Below are positions 1 to 14,607 of a stretch of DNA of 64,000 bases, one piece after another. The position numbers were made by a program, and so were the translations under genes. The stretch lies in the NCBI GenBank assembly GCA_051530055.1, contig CM121342.1, positions 8,509,480 through 8,573,479 on the forward strand, given 5' to 3'. The stretch is from Neoechinorhynchus agilis (lineage: Eukaryota; Animalia; Acanthocephala). How positions within the stretch are numbered: the stretch's first letter is position 1; each line of letters begins with the position of its first letter. The notes beneath the pieces were generated by a model. That model was not told the DNA's origin. It saw only the letters and a list, made by a program, of their open reading frames with translations, and did no database searches.

Positions 1-2844
1 CTCCTTTTTTCCGTAAAGGCGTATCCTGTATCCATCCGCGATGACGTCACCCCGAAACTAAATTTTAAGCAAATTCGATACTTCACTTCAAAAAAAACTA
101 GAATTGGTTAATCCCGATAATTAAATTAATGTTGTTGTACACTACCAAATATACTTCTTTTTTCTTGACCTAAAGAAGCCTCCTTTTTTCCGTAAAGGCG
201 TATCCTGTATCCATCCGCGATGACGTCACCCCGAAACTAAATTTTAAGCAAATTCGATACTCCACTTCAAAAAAAACTAGAATTGGTTAATCCCGATAAT
301 TAAATTAATTTTGTTGTACACTACCAAATATAATTCTTTTTTCTTGACCTAAAGAAGCCTCCTTTTTTCCGTAAATACGTATCCTGTATCCGTCGGCGAT
401 GACGTCATCCCGAAACTCCAAATTTTAAACAAATTCGATACTTCACTTCAAAAAACCCCTTGAATTCGATAATCCCGAAAATTAAATTAATTTTGTTGTA
501 CACTACCAAATATACTTCTTTTTTCTTGACCTAAAGAAGCCTCCTTTTTTCCGTAAAGACGTATCCTGTATCCGTCGGCGATGACGTCATCCCGAAACTC
601 CAAATTTTAAACAAATTCGATACTTCACTTCAAAAACCCCTTGAATTCGATAATCCCAAAAATTAAATTAATTTTGTTGTACACTACCAAATATACTTCT
701 TTTTTCTTGACCTAAAGAAGCCTCCTTTTTTCCGTAAATACGTATCCTTTATCCGTCGGCGATGACGTCATCCCGAAACTCCAAATTTTAAACAAATTCG
801 ATACTTCACTTCAAAAAACCCCTTGAATTCGATAATCCCGAAAATTAAATTAATTTTGTTGTACACTACCAAATATAATTCTTTTTTCTTGACCTAAAGA
901 AGCCTCCTTTTTTCCGTAAATACGTATCCTTTATCCGTCGGCGATGACGTCATCCCGAAACTCCAAATTTTAAACAAATTCGATACTTCACTTCAAAAAC
1001 CCCTTGAATTCGATAATCCCAAAAATTAAATTAATTTTGTTGACCACAAATATAATTCTTTTTTCTTGACCTAAAGAAGCCTCCTTTTTTCCGTAAATAC
1101 GTATCCTTTATCCGTCGGCGATGACGTCATCCCGAAACTCTAAATTTTAAACAAATTCGATACTTAACTTCAAAAACCCCTTGAATTCGATAATCCCAAA
1201 AATTAAATTAATTTTGTTGTACACTACCAAATATACTTCTTTTTTCTTGACCTAAAGAAGCCTCCTTTTTCCCGTAAAGACGTATCCTATATCCATCCGC
1301 GGTGACATCATCCCGAAACTCCAAATTTTAAACAAATTCGATACTTCACTTCAAAAAACCCCTTGAATTCGATAATCCCGACAATTAAATTAATTTTGTT
1401 GTACACTACCAAATATAATTCTTTTTTCTTGACCTAAAGAAGCCTCCTATTTTCCGTAAATACGTATCCTGTATCCGTCGGCGATGACGTCATCCCGAAA
1501 CTCCAAATTTTAAACAAATTCGATACTTCACTTCAAAAAACCCCTTGAATTCGATAATCCCGACAATTAAATTAATTTTGTTGTACACTACCAAATATAA
1601 TTCTTTTTTCTTGACCTAAAGAAGCCTCCTTTTTTCCGTAAATACGTATCCTTTATCCGTCGGCGATGACGTCATCCCGAAACTCTAAATTTTAAACAAA
1701 TTCGATACTTAACTTCAAAAAACCCCTTGAATTCGATAATCCCGAAAATTAAATTAATTTTGTTGACCACAAATATAATTCTTTTTTCTTGACCTAAAGA
1801 AGCCTCCTTTTTTCCGTAAATACGTATCCTTTATCCGTCGGCGATGACGTCATCCCGAAACTCTAAATTTTAAACAAATTCGATACTTAACTTCAAAAAC
1901 CCCTTGAATTCGATAATCCCAAAAATTAAATTAATTTTGTTGTACACTACCAAATATACTTCTTTTTTCTTGATCTAAAGAAGCCTCCTTTTTCCCGTAA
2001 AGACGTATCCTATATCCATCCGCGGTGACATCATCCCGAAACTCCAAATTTTAAACAAATTCGATACTTCACTTCAAAAACCCCTTGAATTCGTTAATCC
2101 CGATAATTAAATTAATTTTGTCACTACCAAATATACTTCTTTTTTCTTGACCTAAAGAAGCCTCCTTTTTTCCGTAAATACGCATCCTTTATCCGTTGGC
2201 GATGACGTCACCCCGAAACTCCAAATTTTAAACAAATTCGATACTTCACTTCAAAAAAACCCTTGAATTCGATAATCCCAAAAATTAAATTAATTTTGTC
2301 ACTACCAAATATACTTCTTTTTTCTTGACCTAAAGAAGCCTCCTTTTTTCCGTAAATACGTATCCTATATCCATCCGCGATGACGTCCTCCCGAAACTCC
2401 AAATTTTAAACAAATTCGATACTTCACTTCAAAAAAACCCTTGAATTCGATAATCCCGATAATTAAATTAATTTTGTCACTACCAAATATATTCTTTTTT
2501 CTTGACCTAAAGAAGCCTCCTTTTTGTCACTACCAAATATACTTCTTTTTTCTTGACCTAAAGAAGCCTCCTTTTTTCCGTAAATACGTATCCTGTATCC
2601 GTCGGCGATGACGTCATCCCGAAACTCCAAATTTTAAACAAATTCGATACTTCACTTCAAAAAAACCCTTGAATTCGATAATCCCGATAATTAAATTAAT
2701 TTTCTTGTACACTACCAAATATAATTCTTTTTTTGTTGACCTAAAGAAGCCTCCTTTTTTCCGTAAATACGTATCCTGTATCCGTCGGCGATGACGTCAC
2801 CCCGAAACTAAATTTTAAACAAGTTCGATACTTCACTTCAAAAG
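1..2844. repeat. Tandem satellite, ~180-bp monomer, ~16 copies, open at the left edge
   Basis: The motif AAAGAAGCCTCCTTTTTTCCGTAAA...GATGACGTCATCCCGAAACT recurs every ~178-182 nt. There is one short internal partial unit near 2475-2560. Most monomers carry the palindrome TGACGTCA. Confidence 0.98.
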
Positions 2845-3088
2845 GTGCATTCAAGAACACTCCCTCGACCACCACCATCATCATCGTCAAGATCGGTGTT
2901 TTTCACACACCTCTCTAATCGCAACTCTCATCCTTGCTTTATACGTACAAACGCACACACAAACGCGCACACGCCATGGAATCCGTTTGGGTGTGTATGC
3001 GCGTGCAGACGCCACCGGATTCATCTATACAAATGCACTCTTGCTCTCTTAACGGTCACACCGTCGTCGACGCTCTGTACAGAACTCC

Positions 3089-5631
3089 TCAAAACCTCTT
3101 CTCCGTCCTCCGCTTTCTGGGCCTCCTCTTATTAGAAGAAACGTACTTTTCTGTCCTCACCATCCTCTCGTCATCTAGAATCAAACTACGAAAACTCTCA
3201 TCTCGTTGAGAACGACCGCTAACGAATCTTACAAAGTCCCTGGTCTCAGTCACGCGTTGGATCGCGTTCTCATCCCAGTCGGCATCTTCCTGCACCTTCT
3301 TTTCGTCGTTGTTTAATGGACAATCAACTGTGGTGACCGGAACTAAAGGCAACAGGACTTTATTGGATTCAGTCGTCGATCTTAGATTTCGCCTTGTGAA
3401 ACATAGAGAATCTTCGTCTCTCGTCTCACATCTCGTACGCTCCTTTGCTGTGACAGCGATTCCCAACCGTGACGTCACCTTTTTTATAGCATCCTTTTCG
3501 GTTGGGATTCTCTGTTTTAATCGGTATGAATGTCCACGCTTAGCAACGAATCCTAACGTGAGTGGACTCACTGAATCGTCCGCGCCGTCTATGGCCACTT
3601 TAAACACATCAATTCGACGTAAAAGTCGTGAAAGCTTTAACCTAAACCTCCGCCGCTCAGCTTCATTCACGACACCCCTTTTTGTTTTTAGTTTCGGTTT
3701 TTTACACGGAACTTGCTGCTGCTGCTGACTCGTACTTCGTCTCAAAAGATTAATGCTACGCGAACGATGCTCCAACGATGAATGGTACACACTATCGGCA
3801 GTGTCCGAAGTACGTTTCCTGCCATCATCAAAACTTTCATCAAAACTAAACGAGCTGGCGTACTCGTCGTCATCCTGATCGTCGTCCTGATCGTCCACAT
3901 CTTCGTCGTCATCATCGTCATCGTCGTCGTCGTATTCATCATAACTAAACTCCGTATCATCATCTTCGTCAAACACGAACGTGTTTCGTCTCTCGAATGT
4001 AGCAATCGGAGGCTCTCGAACAAACAAACTGCCCGGATTAACTCCCACATCGGGAATGTTCAGGCTCGTCATCAATTCCTCAGGCGTTTCGCTGTTCTCC
4101 AGAATTCTACGGAGGCGTTCGTGCAATATCTGCTTGCTCAACTCTATAAGATCTCGCTTTTCCACCTCACGTTGTCTACAAAGCTCCAAATGATTCCTAG
4201 TAAAAGGGCTATTAAAGACAACAACGATGAACTTCACTTACAGGACTGCAGCTAAGGTTAGTTTAGTCTCTAGCATTTGTGCAAACGTTTCTTCAGTTTC
4301 AACGTTTTGTTTCTATGCACAAGAATGTTTTTTTAGTATATGAGAAACTTGGCCCCAACCTTTCTTGTTTGCATTTTTTGCGATCTACGACGAAATACAA
4401 TGTACGGATCAGCCGCGTTCGATTTTGCCGTTCCTATCATCAAAGTTGGGATCATAGAATGACCCTGTGTGTGTGCGCACGCGTAACCAATTAAGTCCAC
4501 AGCAAATCTGTTTTCCAAAAAAACTTACGATTTGTTTTCTTTTATGAAGCCAATATGTTCGTATTCGTTCCTTGTACTGTTCAAATTCCACATCTACCAT
4601 TTGTAATGTTTGATCATTGTCACAACCCGTATCGTCAGCGTCCTCAATCACAACATTCCTCGACGCCTTTTTCATTGGGGGCCACTTCGATTGAGCTTCC
4701 TCGGCCTCCAGTACACAAACGGTCTCTTCGAATTTACTTAATGCATCCTCGTGCTCAGAGCGAGCGTAGTAGTGATCCGTGCTTATCCATTTTTGGTCAT
4801 CATCATCCGCGTCGTATAACGGATAACAAGGATCAGACACCGTGACCGCAAACGGCCTCAATGCTTTCTGAATCGCATCCGTCTGGTAGTAGAACTTGCA
4901 ATTAAGAGTCTGCATTGCCCTAGAAGGCCTCTCGTACTCGAAATCGCTATAGATCAGTTCGTATTCATTGAGCTGAGCTTCACAGATCGGAGTGGGGATT
5001 GCGAATTGATCGGGTGGCCGAGGTGGTGGTAAGAGATGTGGAGCGCCGGGCAGTTGAGGTAGTAGTGCACTTTGCCGAACTACTGGTGCGCATCTTTTCC
5101 TTCTTTCGGATGGCAGACAGTCGTTCTGTTCACTTGGTGGTGTATATCCGATTATTTCTAATGCCCGGACCAAATGGACTTCCTATAAGAAGGTTTGGAC
5201 GACGAAAAAGATTAGCACGCACAAGAATCGAACTCGCGCACGCACGCACGATTCTTCCGTGTATGGAAGAATGGTGTGTGTGACGCACGTACCGTTTCTT
5301 CTTCTTTTTCCATTCCAAGCGTAATGGGGATATTGAGTGTCCGAACACACGTAGCTGCAGCATATTGATCCCCGCCGCCACCGGAACTCGCCGATTCGCC
5401 GTCTAGTGGACGTTGTTGATCTACGATCAATATTCGTCGATCGTTTTCCAGTTTTTGTGATCGGAATGTCATTGTGTTTATTAGAAGTGGGTCGTGTTGC
5501 TGTGCTTGTCTCTCAACCACTGTCGACGACGACGACGCCTGGTTACGTATTTGACGTTGCTGCTGCTGCTGCTCTACACTGCCGGCAGTGAAAGGCGTCG
5601 TCGGCGGCGGAAGCTGAGTCGTCGACGCCAT
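3089..5631 (-). CDS. EPC1: Enhancer of polycomb homolog (EPC1/EPC2 family, NuA4/TIP60 subunit), 5 exons: 5631-5293, 5182-4529, 4464-4360, 4312-4242, 4196-3089; start may extend to the ATG at 5715
   Basis: The spliced product has EPC motifs in order: MTFRSQKL, GMEKEEETEVHLVRAL, IPTP...YELIY, LYDADDDDQKW, FEE...LE, YWLHKRK, DPYIVFRRRSQKMQTRK, LELCRQREVEKRDL. All four introns are GT-AG and phase-compatible. Paralog assignment is not resolved. Confidence 0.9.
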
Positions 5632-5856
5632 GTCTACTTGCGTATGATGAGGGAACACTGGCAAAGAGAGAGAGAAGATAAGCGCAAGAGCGGCAGTGAC
5701 GTCTCGCGAATTCATAAGGGCGCATGACACACATACACACGAAGAATCGATAAGGCAGCAGTGGTGACCTCTCGTCGCCGTCGCCGCGTCCCTCCCCCTA
5801 AACGAGTGTTCCGAAACTTCTTTTAGATTTCACTATCCGGAAGAATGCACGAGCTG

Positions 5857-5966
5857 TGACGTCATAGGTCAAACATATCGGAAGAATTGAACGGAAACGT
5901 TCTCATTGGTCGCGTGCGTGTTTTGATCACGCTCTTTTTTTCTAAGGTGACGTCATATCACACGTG
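5857..5966. promoter_or_regulatory. Putative EPC promoter elements: two CRE palindromes and an E-box
   Basis: TGACGTCA at 5857-5864 and 5948-5955, and CACGTG at 5961-5966, in a GC-richer stretch 140-340 nt upstream of the EPC start. Confidence 0.45.
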
Positions 5967-6959
5967 CGTTTTTTTTACGCGATTTAAAAGCCGTCTTCAA
6001 CGCACATTTTTATGTTGTGTACACCTACATTAAGAGGGCGCTTCTCGTTTTGTTGCCATATTACAAACTTAGTTATGATAATTCGCAGCGTTTTTCGTCG
6101 ACGAATGATGGGATTTGCGGCGGCGGCCGTTAAAAATTGTCTTCTCAATTGTGTCGATTTATTTGATATCCTATAACTAACAATTTTTTCGCTTAAAATT
6201 TAGAGCTAATATTGGGAGAAAAATGAAGGGATTTGCGTTTGTCAAAGTTGGTTTATAAAAATGTCGAAAACCTGCAATAAATGATTGTTTCGATTAAAGA
6301 CGTTCTTTGTACCTTGTCTCAATGAACCCAGACCTAAACAATAATTCCAATGTTGGTTTTGTTCAACAAATCGAATTTTAGACGCTAAAATATTTGAATT
6401 CCGTGAAAAATTGTTTTCTTGGCATAATTTTATTCGTACTGAGTGGGGGAAAAACTTCTAAGAGTCGTATTTGACTTTACAATTTATAATTTTCTCGGAT
6501 TTGTCAAGCTCAGCAGCTATTTTAAAGTATTGAAATTTGTGGAACTCTTTTAATGTACACCGAAATGCAAAAGGAGCGTTTAGAGACGATATTGCTACTA
6601 TTTTTTGAAATTTTTCCTATTTTAGTTTTTGTTTGAAGATAAAACTATTCTGATGTCTGTTTATGGCTTTAAAGAATTGAAGAAAGTTTAATAAATCTGA
6701 TGTTTCGAAGGCACAATATTATACGCCTTTTTATCAAGGTTTCTAAAAGTGTTTAATTCGCGCGGATTTAATAAACTTTCTTCAATTTTTCAAAGCCATA
6801 AACAAACATGTTTTAGTTTTAGAAAATGGGCTAATATATATGTTCAATGTTTAATTTCCATAACAAAAGCCCGAAGTGTATAAATTTGTTTCCTTGATAA
6901 CGTATCGTTATAGACGTTTCCGCCCAAAGTAATTGTGCTCACTTGTTAAAATTATAGTT

Positions 6960-7510
6960 TTATCATAATTGAACGCGTCGACGCCACCGCCTTCTCTATG
7001 GGCCTCATCACTGAATCTAAATCAATATGAATTGATCCGAATGGAAGATTACCGTTTCTGGACACGAATTAACAATCACAAAAATGGATATCTTCAGAGA
7101 TTTTGAGCATCGAGACTACAGCCCTCTGAGAGACGAGCTCCTGCAATGGGGACGAATTTTTCCAAGAAATGGTCTCACTGCAGCTCGTCAGCAAGTGGCC
7201 CACTCGAGAGACCAACAATTGGCGACAGAGAATCTCGAAGACCATAACGAACAGCATTCTTCCAATGAAATTCCAATTTTAAGACCTTCCATGACGATAG
7301 GGAACCTCATTTCCCCGAAATACCAGGAGGTAGAAAAGAGGGATGTTGTCTACGCTAATTCTTGTATCCAATGAAACAGCAATTACATATTGGCCAGACA
7401 AGACGCAGAGGGTCGACTAAAACTTTGAATTTAGCGAGCGAGCACAAAAAGTTCCTGCACCTTAATTAAGCAACCGAAACCGGACGAAACACGATCAATC
7501 GACTGGACGA
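6960..7510 (+). mobile_element. Degenerate Penelope-like retroelement fragment (RT C-terminus plus GIY-YIG endonuclease)
   Basis: Frame-broken peptides PNGRLPFLDT (PLE RT LPFLD motif) and DVVYANSC..*...IGQTRR....EHK (GIY-YIG pattern VVY.I.C..C...YIGQT.R....R..EH). Confidence 0.7.
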
Positions 7511-7845
7511 GGCCTGAAAGATCTAAATAACAAATTTAATCTTTTTCTCAATCCACATTTTGTAGAAGTTTATAAATTCTCATTAAGTTCATTTAATAAG
7601 TGAACAAAGGTAGTTCGAAAGGCATCCACGCCACCGTTCTGGTGTATTGGTCAAAAGAACGGATGCAGTGTTTCCCTCCCTTACTCTAATTACATCTCTT
7701 TATTTTTAGCTTGAAATTAGAAAAATTGCCTAGTTTTTAAGCACATAAAATTCCTGTGTTTATTAGGAGCAGTATTGCGGTAAACAATCGACCACAATAA
7801 ATGAAACCTTAAAAAGGGTTTCTCTGTCACACACACATCTAAAAA

Positions 7846-8770
7846 TCACCGTCGTCTTGAATTAGCTTTATGTACGCCCAAAACATGATGGCCATAGATG
7901 TAATTATTCATTACCCTTATGGCCAACATGGCAGAATCAGCCCATTTAAATGTCACAAACGCATATTCCATCTGCCGTTGTGTTTTGTAATCCCTTGCAA
8001 TCCTCGCTTTTAAAATTGGACCGAATTTGGAAAATAATTCTCTTAAATCGTCATCTCGGGTTTCCGCCGGGAGATTTGTTACCCTGATCACGTTGCTTTC
8101 TTCAAAATCTTTGTTTACCTCCGTTATCCCGTTAGCGGATGTTTCATTGAATCCTTGGGGTGAAATTGGTAAAACGTTTTTCTTATCTTCATGATTAACA
8201 GGTCGATTAGGACAAGCGTGTGATAAATGACTTTGTTTGCAGTGAGCACATTGGATTCCCGATACGCCAATCTTCTTTACAGTGGTTCCTAATTCCTCTG
8301 ACTTGTCCACGTATTTAAGGTCGCCATCATCCATCTCATTCTCCACGTATTGAATCGCGATTTCTTCTCTACATGACGTCGTACTCGGGTTCGGACCTGG
8401 CTTATCATTGGCTGCTAATCCAAACTTTTTCAACTTCTACACGTAAGGTACACGTACACATTGTGTGCAATCACTGAAAATGACTTACTTTACGGTCGGC
8501 TACGGCCTTTTTTACTAGTCGGACTTCGACTCGAAATTTCTGAGTGACCTTGATCGCATTGAAACCTTGAGCGAGTAGCTGATCCACTCCTTGAGTGTTC
8601 TCGTCGATCAATTCATAACTAACAACGGTTCTTATGCCCGTGTTTGAATCGAATTTTATTGTCTTTGGCGGAAGCTTGTCATTTGAGGAGGCAGGTTGAT
8701 CTATTTGAACCTTTTGCTCATCATCACTGTCTGATAAAAGATCTAACCAACTGACATCAGGCGACGACAT
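7846..8770 (-). CDS. EIF3G: Translation initiation factor eIF3 subunit G, 2 exons: 8770-8489 and 8436-7846
   Basis: KAVADRK|KLKKFG...PGPNPSTT, a CCHC knuckle CAHCKQSHLSHACP, and a C-terminal RRM (IRVTNLP...LRELFSKFG...AFVTF). The intron is GTAAGT...GTAG. Confidence 0.95.
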
Positions 8771-11700
8771 TTCTGAAATCAGAGTTCTAGTAGTGATCAC
8801 CCCATCACCGGATCAAACATATTCAAAAGCCCGTTGAACTGTTTCTGTCGATATAATCTCTGAAATTGCTCTCGACTAATTTAGACTTTTTGTTAATAAA
8901 ATTATATTTTTAGCCGGACTCACATAGTCGCGCAAACTAATCGAAAAATTTTAATAAACAACACCGGCCTTGGATAAAGTACAATTTGCGAGATCCAAAA
9001 CTATTTTTTTTAAATATTCAAACAGTTATTTTAAGAAACATTGGTTGACTTTTTCGAAAATGTATTCGTTAGCACAAACACCTAATGGAAAATAAACGCA
9101 AATGGGATTCTTGAGCGAAATTACATGATTGGATGGTTTTAATTTAGATGACCAATCACACTTTAGTGTAGTATTCTAGACCAAAATATTGATAGTGCGA
9201 AATTGGATTTAGTCGTTAAAAACTCAGTTCTTGAACTGACTTGATTTTGTAGAAAATATTCACAAAACTACGTTTTAATGAATTTTTTAATATAAATCAT
9301 TGACAGATATTCGCACATATATACGTTTTATTCAAAATAAAGACGTTGATGGAATGGGCAATTTTTGCGTTTTTTAAATATCGAAGCAGGCACTTCAATT
9401 GTAAATCGATTTGACCATAGTTTATCTGTTATCAGATCATGCCATCTTTTTTCTTACTATTAATGTTCGAATAAGGGATAAGAAAGTGAACAAATCATAT
9501 TGCTGGGATTTTACGGGTGACGGGATGATTCCGGCTTGTATTTCTTAAAATCATTCGTCCTAGCTAACCTCAACGCCAATACAATTTCTAACGTGTAAAT
9601 AACACAAATGCACCGTGTTTTCCATGCGGCTACCGTCAATATTTTCGTGACGGTAAGCAGCAAATAAATGTTCAAAAACTAATTTTTGATCAACCACGTC
9701 CACGATATTCGAGATAAAGAGATTATGGTTTAAAATTGTGTTAATGATGTTTTTAGGAGACAATAGGAAAACTATCTCACAATTTTATTTCCATCTCCAC
9801 CGTCCGCAAAATTGGAACTTCTCTCCTTGACATTTTAAGCTACAATCCGATTTTTTGAATTTTTAATTCGCGAAAAGAGCATAAATGTTTTGTCAATTTA
9901 GATTACAATAAATAGAAACGTCAATATTGGCAAAGTTTAAATCAGACATTGCTTCACATTTTTGAATTATGTAGCTGAACGTCCAAAGTTCTTTGTCATC
10001 TCTTGAAACACAATTTAGCAAGGCCCAAGATGTGATTTGTTGAAAATAATTCTACATCAAATGTCTACAGATTCTTAAATATGCTTTTTAACATTTTGAT
10101 CAAATGATGAATTTTATAGCATTGCGTTTTTGTTCTAACCAATCACGCTACTTATTTTCGTCTCAAAACTTCATTAAGTTTGCTTGATTACAGATTATTT
10201 ATTTTGACGCAAGCAGACGATCACTAAAAGCCTAATTACGCCATTAAACACTTGGTCGTTAAATATTATTGGCAATTTAAAGTATCCGAGAAAATCATTA
10301 CGTCGAATTAATATGAGCTTTTTTCTGCAAATGGAATTGATGTTCCTTTATGTATACAAAAAGGAAAGTTAAATCTGTAAATGATGAGATGTTTTTTTCA
10401 TTCTTGTGTTCTAGTCTGAACAATTTTACATTTGTCGCCATTTAATCAAACTTAAAGAATCTTATATAATCCATAATTTGGATAAGAGATATATAATCTT
10501 TGTCAATAGTGATTGCTTATTCTGATCGTCACATTTCCGATATAGAGTAGAACGTCTGGGACCGGAAATCATTCGGAGCTAAACTTCAAATATCAAAGTT
10601 CTTAACACTTTGGGAGAAGTGATTTTCTAAAAACCACAACTTGGAGTAGAATTACATAATTCAAGCTTTATTGTTGAAAATAATCACTTTTCTTTTTGCC
10701 ACTGTACACCTTCGTTTTGTAGAACGTCGTTTATCTACGAATTAATTGGGACCGGGCATCATTCGAAAATTCTTTAGCAAACAAGCGCTACCTTTTTAAG
10801 TAGCTGAACTTCCTAATTTATCGTAAAATTCCAGAGGTTTTCCGCACTGTAATGGACCTGATAAAGGGTCTCTTTTCCCAATTCTCATTAAAAGCCACAA
10901 GGAGAGTACACAATCAAGGATAACATCGTTTCCTTGCACCGTGGATCTTCTTGTTTTTGAACCATCTACTTAATCAAGCTTTTACACGAAATATAAAGTG
11001 GTTTCTCGGTATTTTTATATTGAAAAATTGTTAAATTTCAAACGTTATAAAACTGCGTTAGAGACGTTTTGCTTTCTCAAGACGTATCAATATTTCAAGT
11101 TTTGTTTCTATGTTCAAGACATTGCACTTTCTATTCGAATTTGAATCCATAACAGTTCGCAAATAACAAAATTACTTGACACTAAACTAATCTCATATTC
11201 CACCCAGATATTTACCGAATCAAAAATTCCCTTTTACTACTTAAAGGCTATCGCACTTTTTACCTAACGTTCTACTGTATTTTTTAAAATCGGAGTTATG
11301 ATTTTATTATAGATCAACATTTTTTATCTAAATTCCATAAAATATAAAAAGAACGTATGCGATTTCATGTATTTGAAATGTTTCATCCGCTCGATTTGGG
11401 AACGAAACTACATCTACAATTACCTTTCTTTAGAAATTTTGCGAGTATCGAAGCGGTAAGAAATATTGATTTTATGTTTATGTTAAACAAAAGTAATTTG
11501 AAGCGATTGGTTCAACGATTCCAGACCGTAATTGCAAGACTGGGAATTTGTGTACAATCTATAAATTCAATATGTTTAAGCATCCAAACATTTTACGTTT
11601 CTAAAATTACTTGACTTTTTTAAATGGAAACACGATAGCAGAATGAAGTCTCTGCTCTTATGCAGGAAATCGATATTCTCCGTAAGATGGTCAATACTCT

Positions 11701-13499
11701 TTTGCCACTAAAAAAGGAGTGATTTCTTTTCTTTAATTGTCAGTGAAATGTTCATGTTTTGTGATTGTATATGTTTTCTGAAACCATCTTATTCAGGATT
11801 GGTCTCGTGATTTGTCCGCTGTTTCCCTTCCATCGTGTTGACCATTAAGAACGCAATAATGATTTTACAAAACAAAATGCGACTGCTGAATTTGATTATT
11901 AATCCGCAAAAACGGTCATTTTACCACGCATCCTTTAAAAAGGAAATGAATGCGTATAGTCTGTTTTTTGATTTTCTAATCAAAAGAAATAGGCTCCTAG
12001 TACTCGACTTTCCTCGCAAAAAAATTAAGGAATTTTATCAACACCTCCATACATGGACAACCCGACAGCACTTTAAAAAATATTACGCTTATTACCTTTT
12101 ATAGATGGAGCTCTCCGTCCACCTGAAATGAAATATTTTTTGCGCTTGTTTATGGCGTATAAAGTAAGGGGAATTTATTAAATTCGATATTCCAGAGCAC
12201 AACTTTGATAAAGGCACACCGAAATATCGGATTTAATAAATTCCTTTAATTTTTACGCCATAAACCGGCATCAGAATAGTTGAATCTCCAGGCATCTTTT
12301 TTTCCAATTTTCGTGAAAAAGTTGCAAACTATTTTATTTAAATTTCTTCTAGTCATGATAAACTCATTTCAGCGCTTCATCTAATTTTTCTTTCCCAAAA
12401 CTTTTCCACTCTTTCCTGTTAGGAAATTAGCTTTCACCCTCAAAGTTCGTGTTTATTCTTTGTTTAAAATCGCTTCTTTATTGCATCCATCTAAAGAAAG
12501 CATTTTGGCACAATGCTTTTTTTCTCTTTCATAAAAGTGAAGTTCCATGGGTTAAATTGTTAGCATTGTTTTCCGCTAAACAAAGAGGAAATGAGCTAAG
12601 TAAATCTCTAGCAACGTTCGTGTTGAATCTTTGCTTAAAATCTCCACTTCCCTACTTTTACGTCACATCCAAAAGTTCCACATATACTCAGGCATGAAGA
12701 AGCTGAAAAGCTTTTTGCGGCGTAAGTGAATGGAACGCATATTTTTTCTGCTCTTCTTGGCTGCAGCGACCAAAGTGAGGAATAGTCTTTGTCTCTCCTT
12801 TGGGTCACCTTAGCCGCACAGAACGTCTTTTCGTTGGTATGCGTCCAGAGTGATTGTGTGAGTTCCGATATGAGCGAAATAAATCAATGTATGAAATCAT
12901 TCCAACTGCCAAATGTGACTACCTGTTCAAATGGAATAGTCTGTGAGGTTTGTCATTACTGTTCTTTTTGCCTAATTTATTACTTTTGAAAAGCTCTACG
13001 AAAAACTATACCCAGATGGAACACTCGAACGAATCGCAACGTGCAATGTTCATTGTAAAGTATCCGCTTGTCTTGATCATCTGCCATCTTATCAATGTGT
13101 TCGAAAATGCTGTTATACCGACAAATGCAACGCTGAACTCCTTCAAAGCAACGGCTCCTTATGGATGTTATCAAGTGCGCTTTTGTCAATTATCTCCGTC
13201 ATTACGCTTTTGTCGTAACTCATTAAGGAAAAACATTGACGGATTGTGAGTAAAAGCGTGGAAAAAAGAGATCGGTCTTTTCCCCATGTCGCGTTTCTTA
13301 AGTAATTTCGCGAGTGCTCCTCGAAAATACTTGATCGCTCAGAGCCCATTAATTGTCTTAGTTGTTTCTTTTCTAAAGCATAACTGGTAATCAAATGAAG
13401 CAGGAAAAGATTAAGCTTATCATTTAAAATTAATCTTCAAAAAAGAAGTTTTAAACTAACAACGTGCGTTCTTATCGCTTTATTTTCTTAAGATGGACA

Positions 13500-13950
13500 T
13501 AAAATCCACACAAAAAAATAGATTTTGAGATTGCACAAAAATGTTCCAAAGGAACATGAATCACTCGAATAAAATATTTAGATTTTGCTCAAAAATGTAC
13601 AAGGGAACATGAAATCCTCGAGAAAAAGATTTGGAAATTGTTCAAAAATGTTAAAAGGAACATTAAATCTTTAAAGAAAATAAGATTTGGAGATTGCTCA
13701 AGAATGTTCAAAATAACATGAAACCTTCAAAGAAAATAAGATTTGGAGATTGCTCACGATTTTCCAGAGGAACTTGGAATCTTCAAAAAAAATTAGATTT
13801 AGAGATGGCTGAAAAAAGTTCAAGAGAACATGAAACCCTTGAAAATATGTAGATTTCTATTTTGTTCAAGAAACGTTTAAAATAACATGAAATCCTTAAA
13901 AAATAGATTCAAAGATTGTTCAAAAAACGTTAAAAGGGACATTAGTTAAA
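13500..13950. repeat. Degenerate minisatellite, ~55-58 bp unit, ~8 copies
   Basis: Recurring GAACATGAAATCCT...AAAAATAGATTTGGAGATTGCTCAAAAATGTT motif. Confidence 0.8.
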
Positions 13951-14607
13951 AAGTTAATTACTCCATAAATTCTATGCCTACGATTTTTGATTCGTCATCT
14001 AAGTATCCGACGCCATTTGATGTCAAGCGAGGAAGTTTGTATGGAAATTCACCGCAACGTCCGGTACTGTAAAGTGTATGGAAATTTCTCACAAGAGCAT
14101 GTAAGAAACAAAGCTAAAATACCCCACCGAACTTGTATGACTCTTCTTGCTTCCTTCGACGAAATTTCTGACGACTGTAAACGTCGTGTCAGCAAAAAAT
14201 TAATCCTTTGTTTGGCATTTTCTAGATTTCAAAACATGTTTTCTTTAAAAAAAACTAGTTTAAAATTCGTTTTGGGGCAAAAGACCGCTCTATTGATTGG
14301 CATTTTTTTAAACTCCATTTTTTTCAAGGATAGGACATGATATAATAAATTTCCATCTAATAATTACGACTGTAAAAATCACATTGTTTGAAACATGGAG
14401 ATTCGAGTGCTTTGTCACGTTACAAGACAGACGCGGTACCGTGCACCACAAAAGTCCTCTCCCAAGACCCCATCGCTATGTTAATTTTAAGAAATTCACC
14501 TCGGTGTGCTTGAAGTGATAAACAAATTCATTTTCAAGTTTGATTTACTCGAACAACACTCGTTTATATGAGTCTTTTTGGTCGTGTTTGCCAAGACTTA
14601 AGCGAAA

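Noticed and set aside
1-2844. CRISPR-like regular repeats (also 30180-32110, 45327-49150 and 53700-56410)
   Set aside because: Whole monomers repeat with no unique spacers, there are no cas genes, and the context is eukaryotic. These are satellites.
3309-5727. Several plus-strand and off-frame ORFs overlapping EPC (3309-3728, 3782-4255, 5406-5591 and others)
   Set aside because: They are antisense shadows of the acidic and Gln-rich EPC coding sequence.
3089-5730. Initial impression of viral or horizontally acquired GC-rich ORFs
   Set aside because: They splice cleanly with GT-AG introns into a recognisable EPC protein.
9000-13400. Possible cryptic gene or transposase remnant (short coding-like stretches at 11640-11720 and 12950-13390)
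   Set aside because: I could not assemble a consistent exon chain or recognise a motif. It needs a similarity search.
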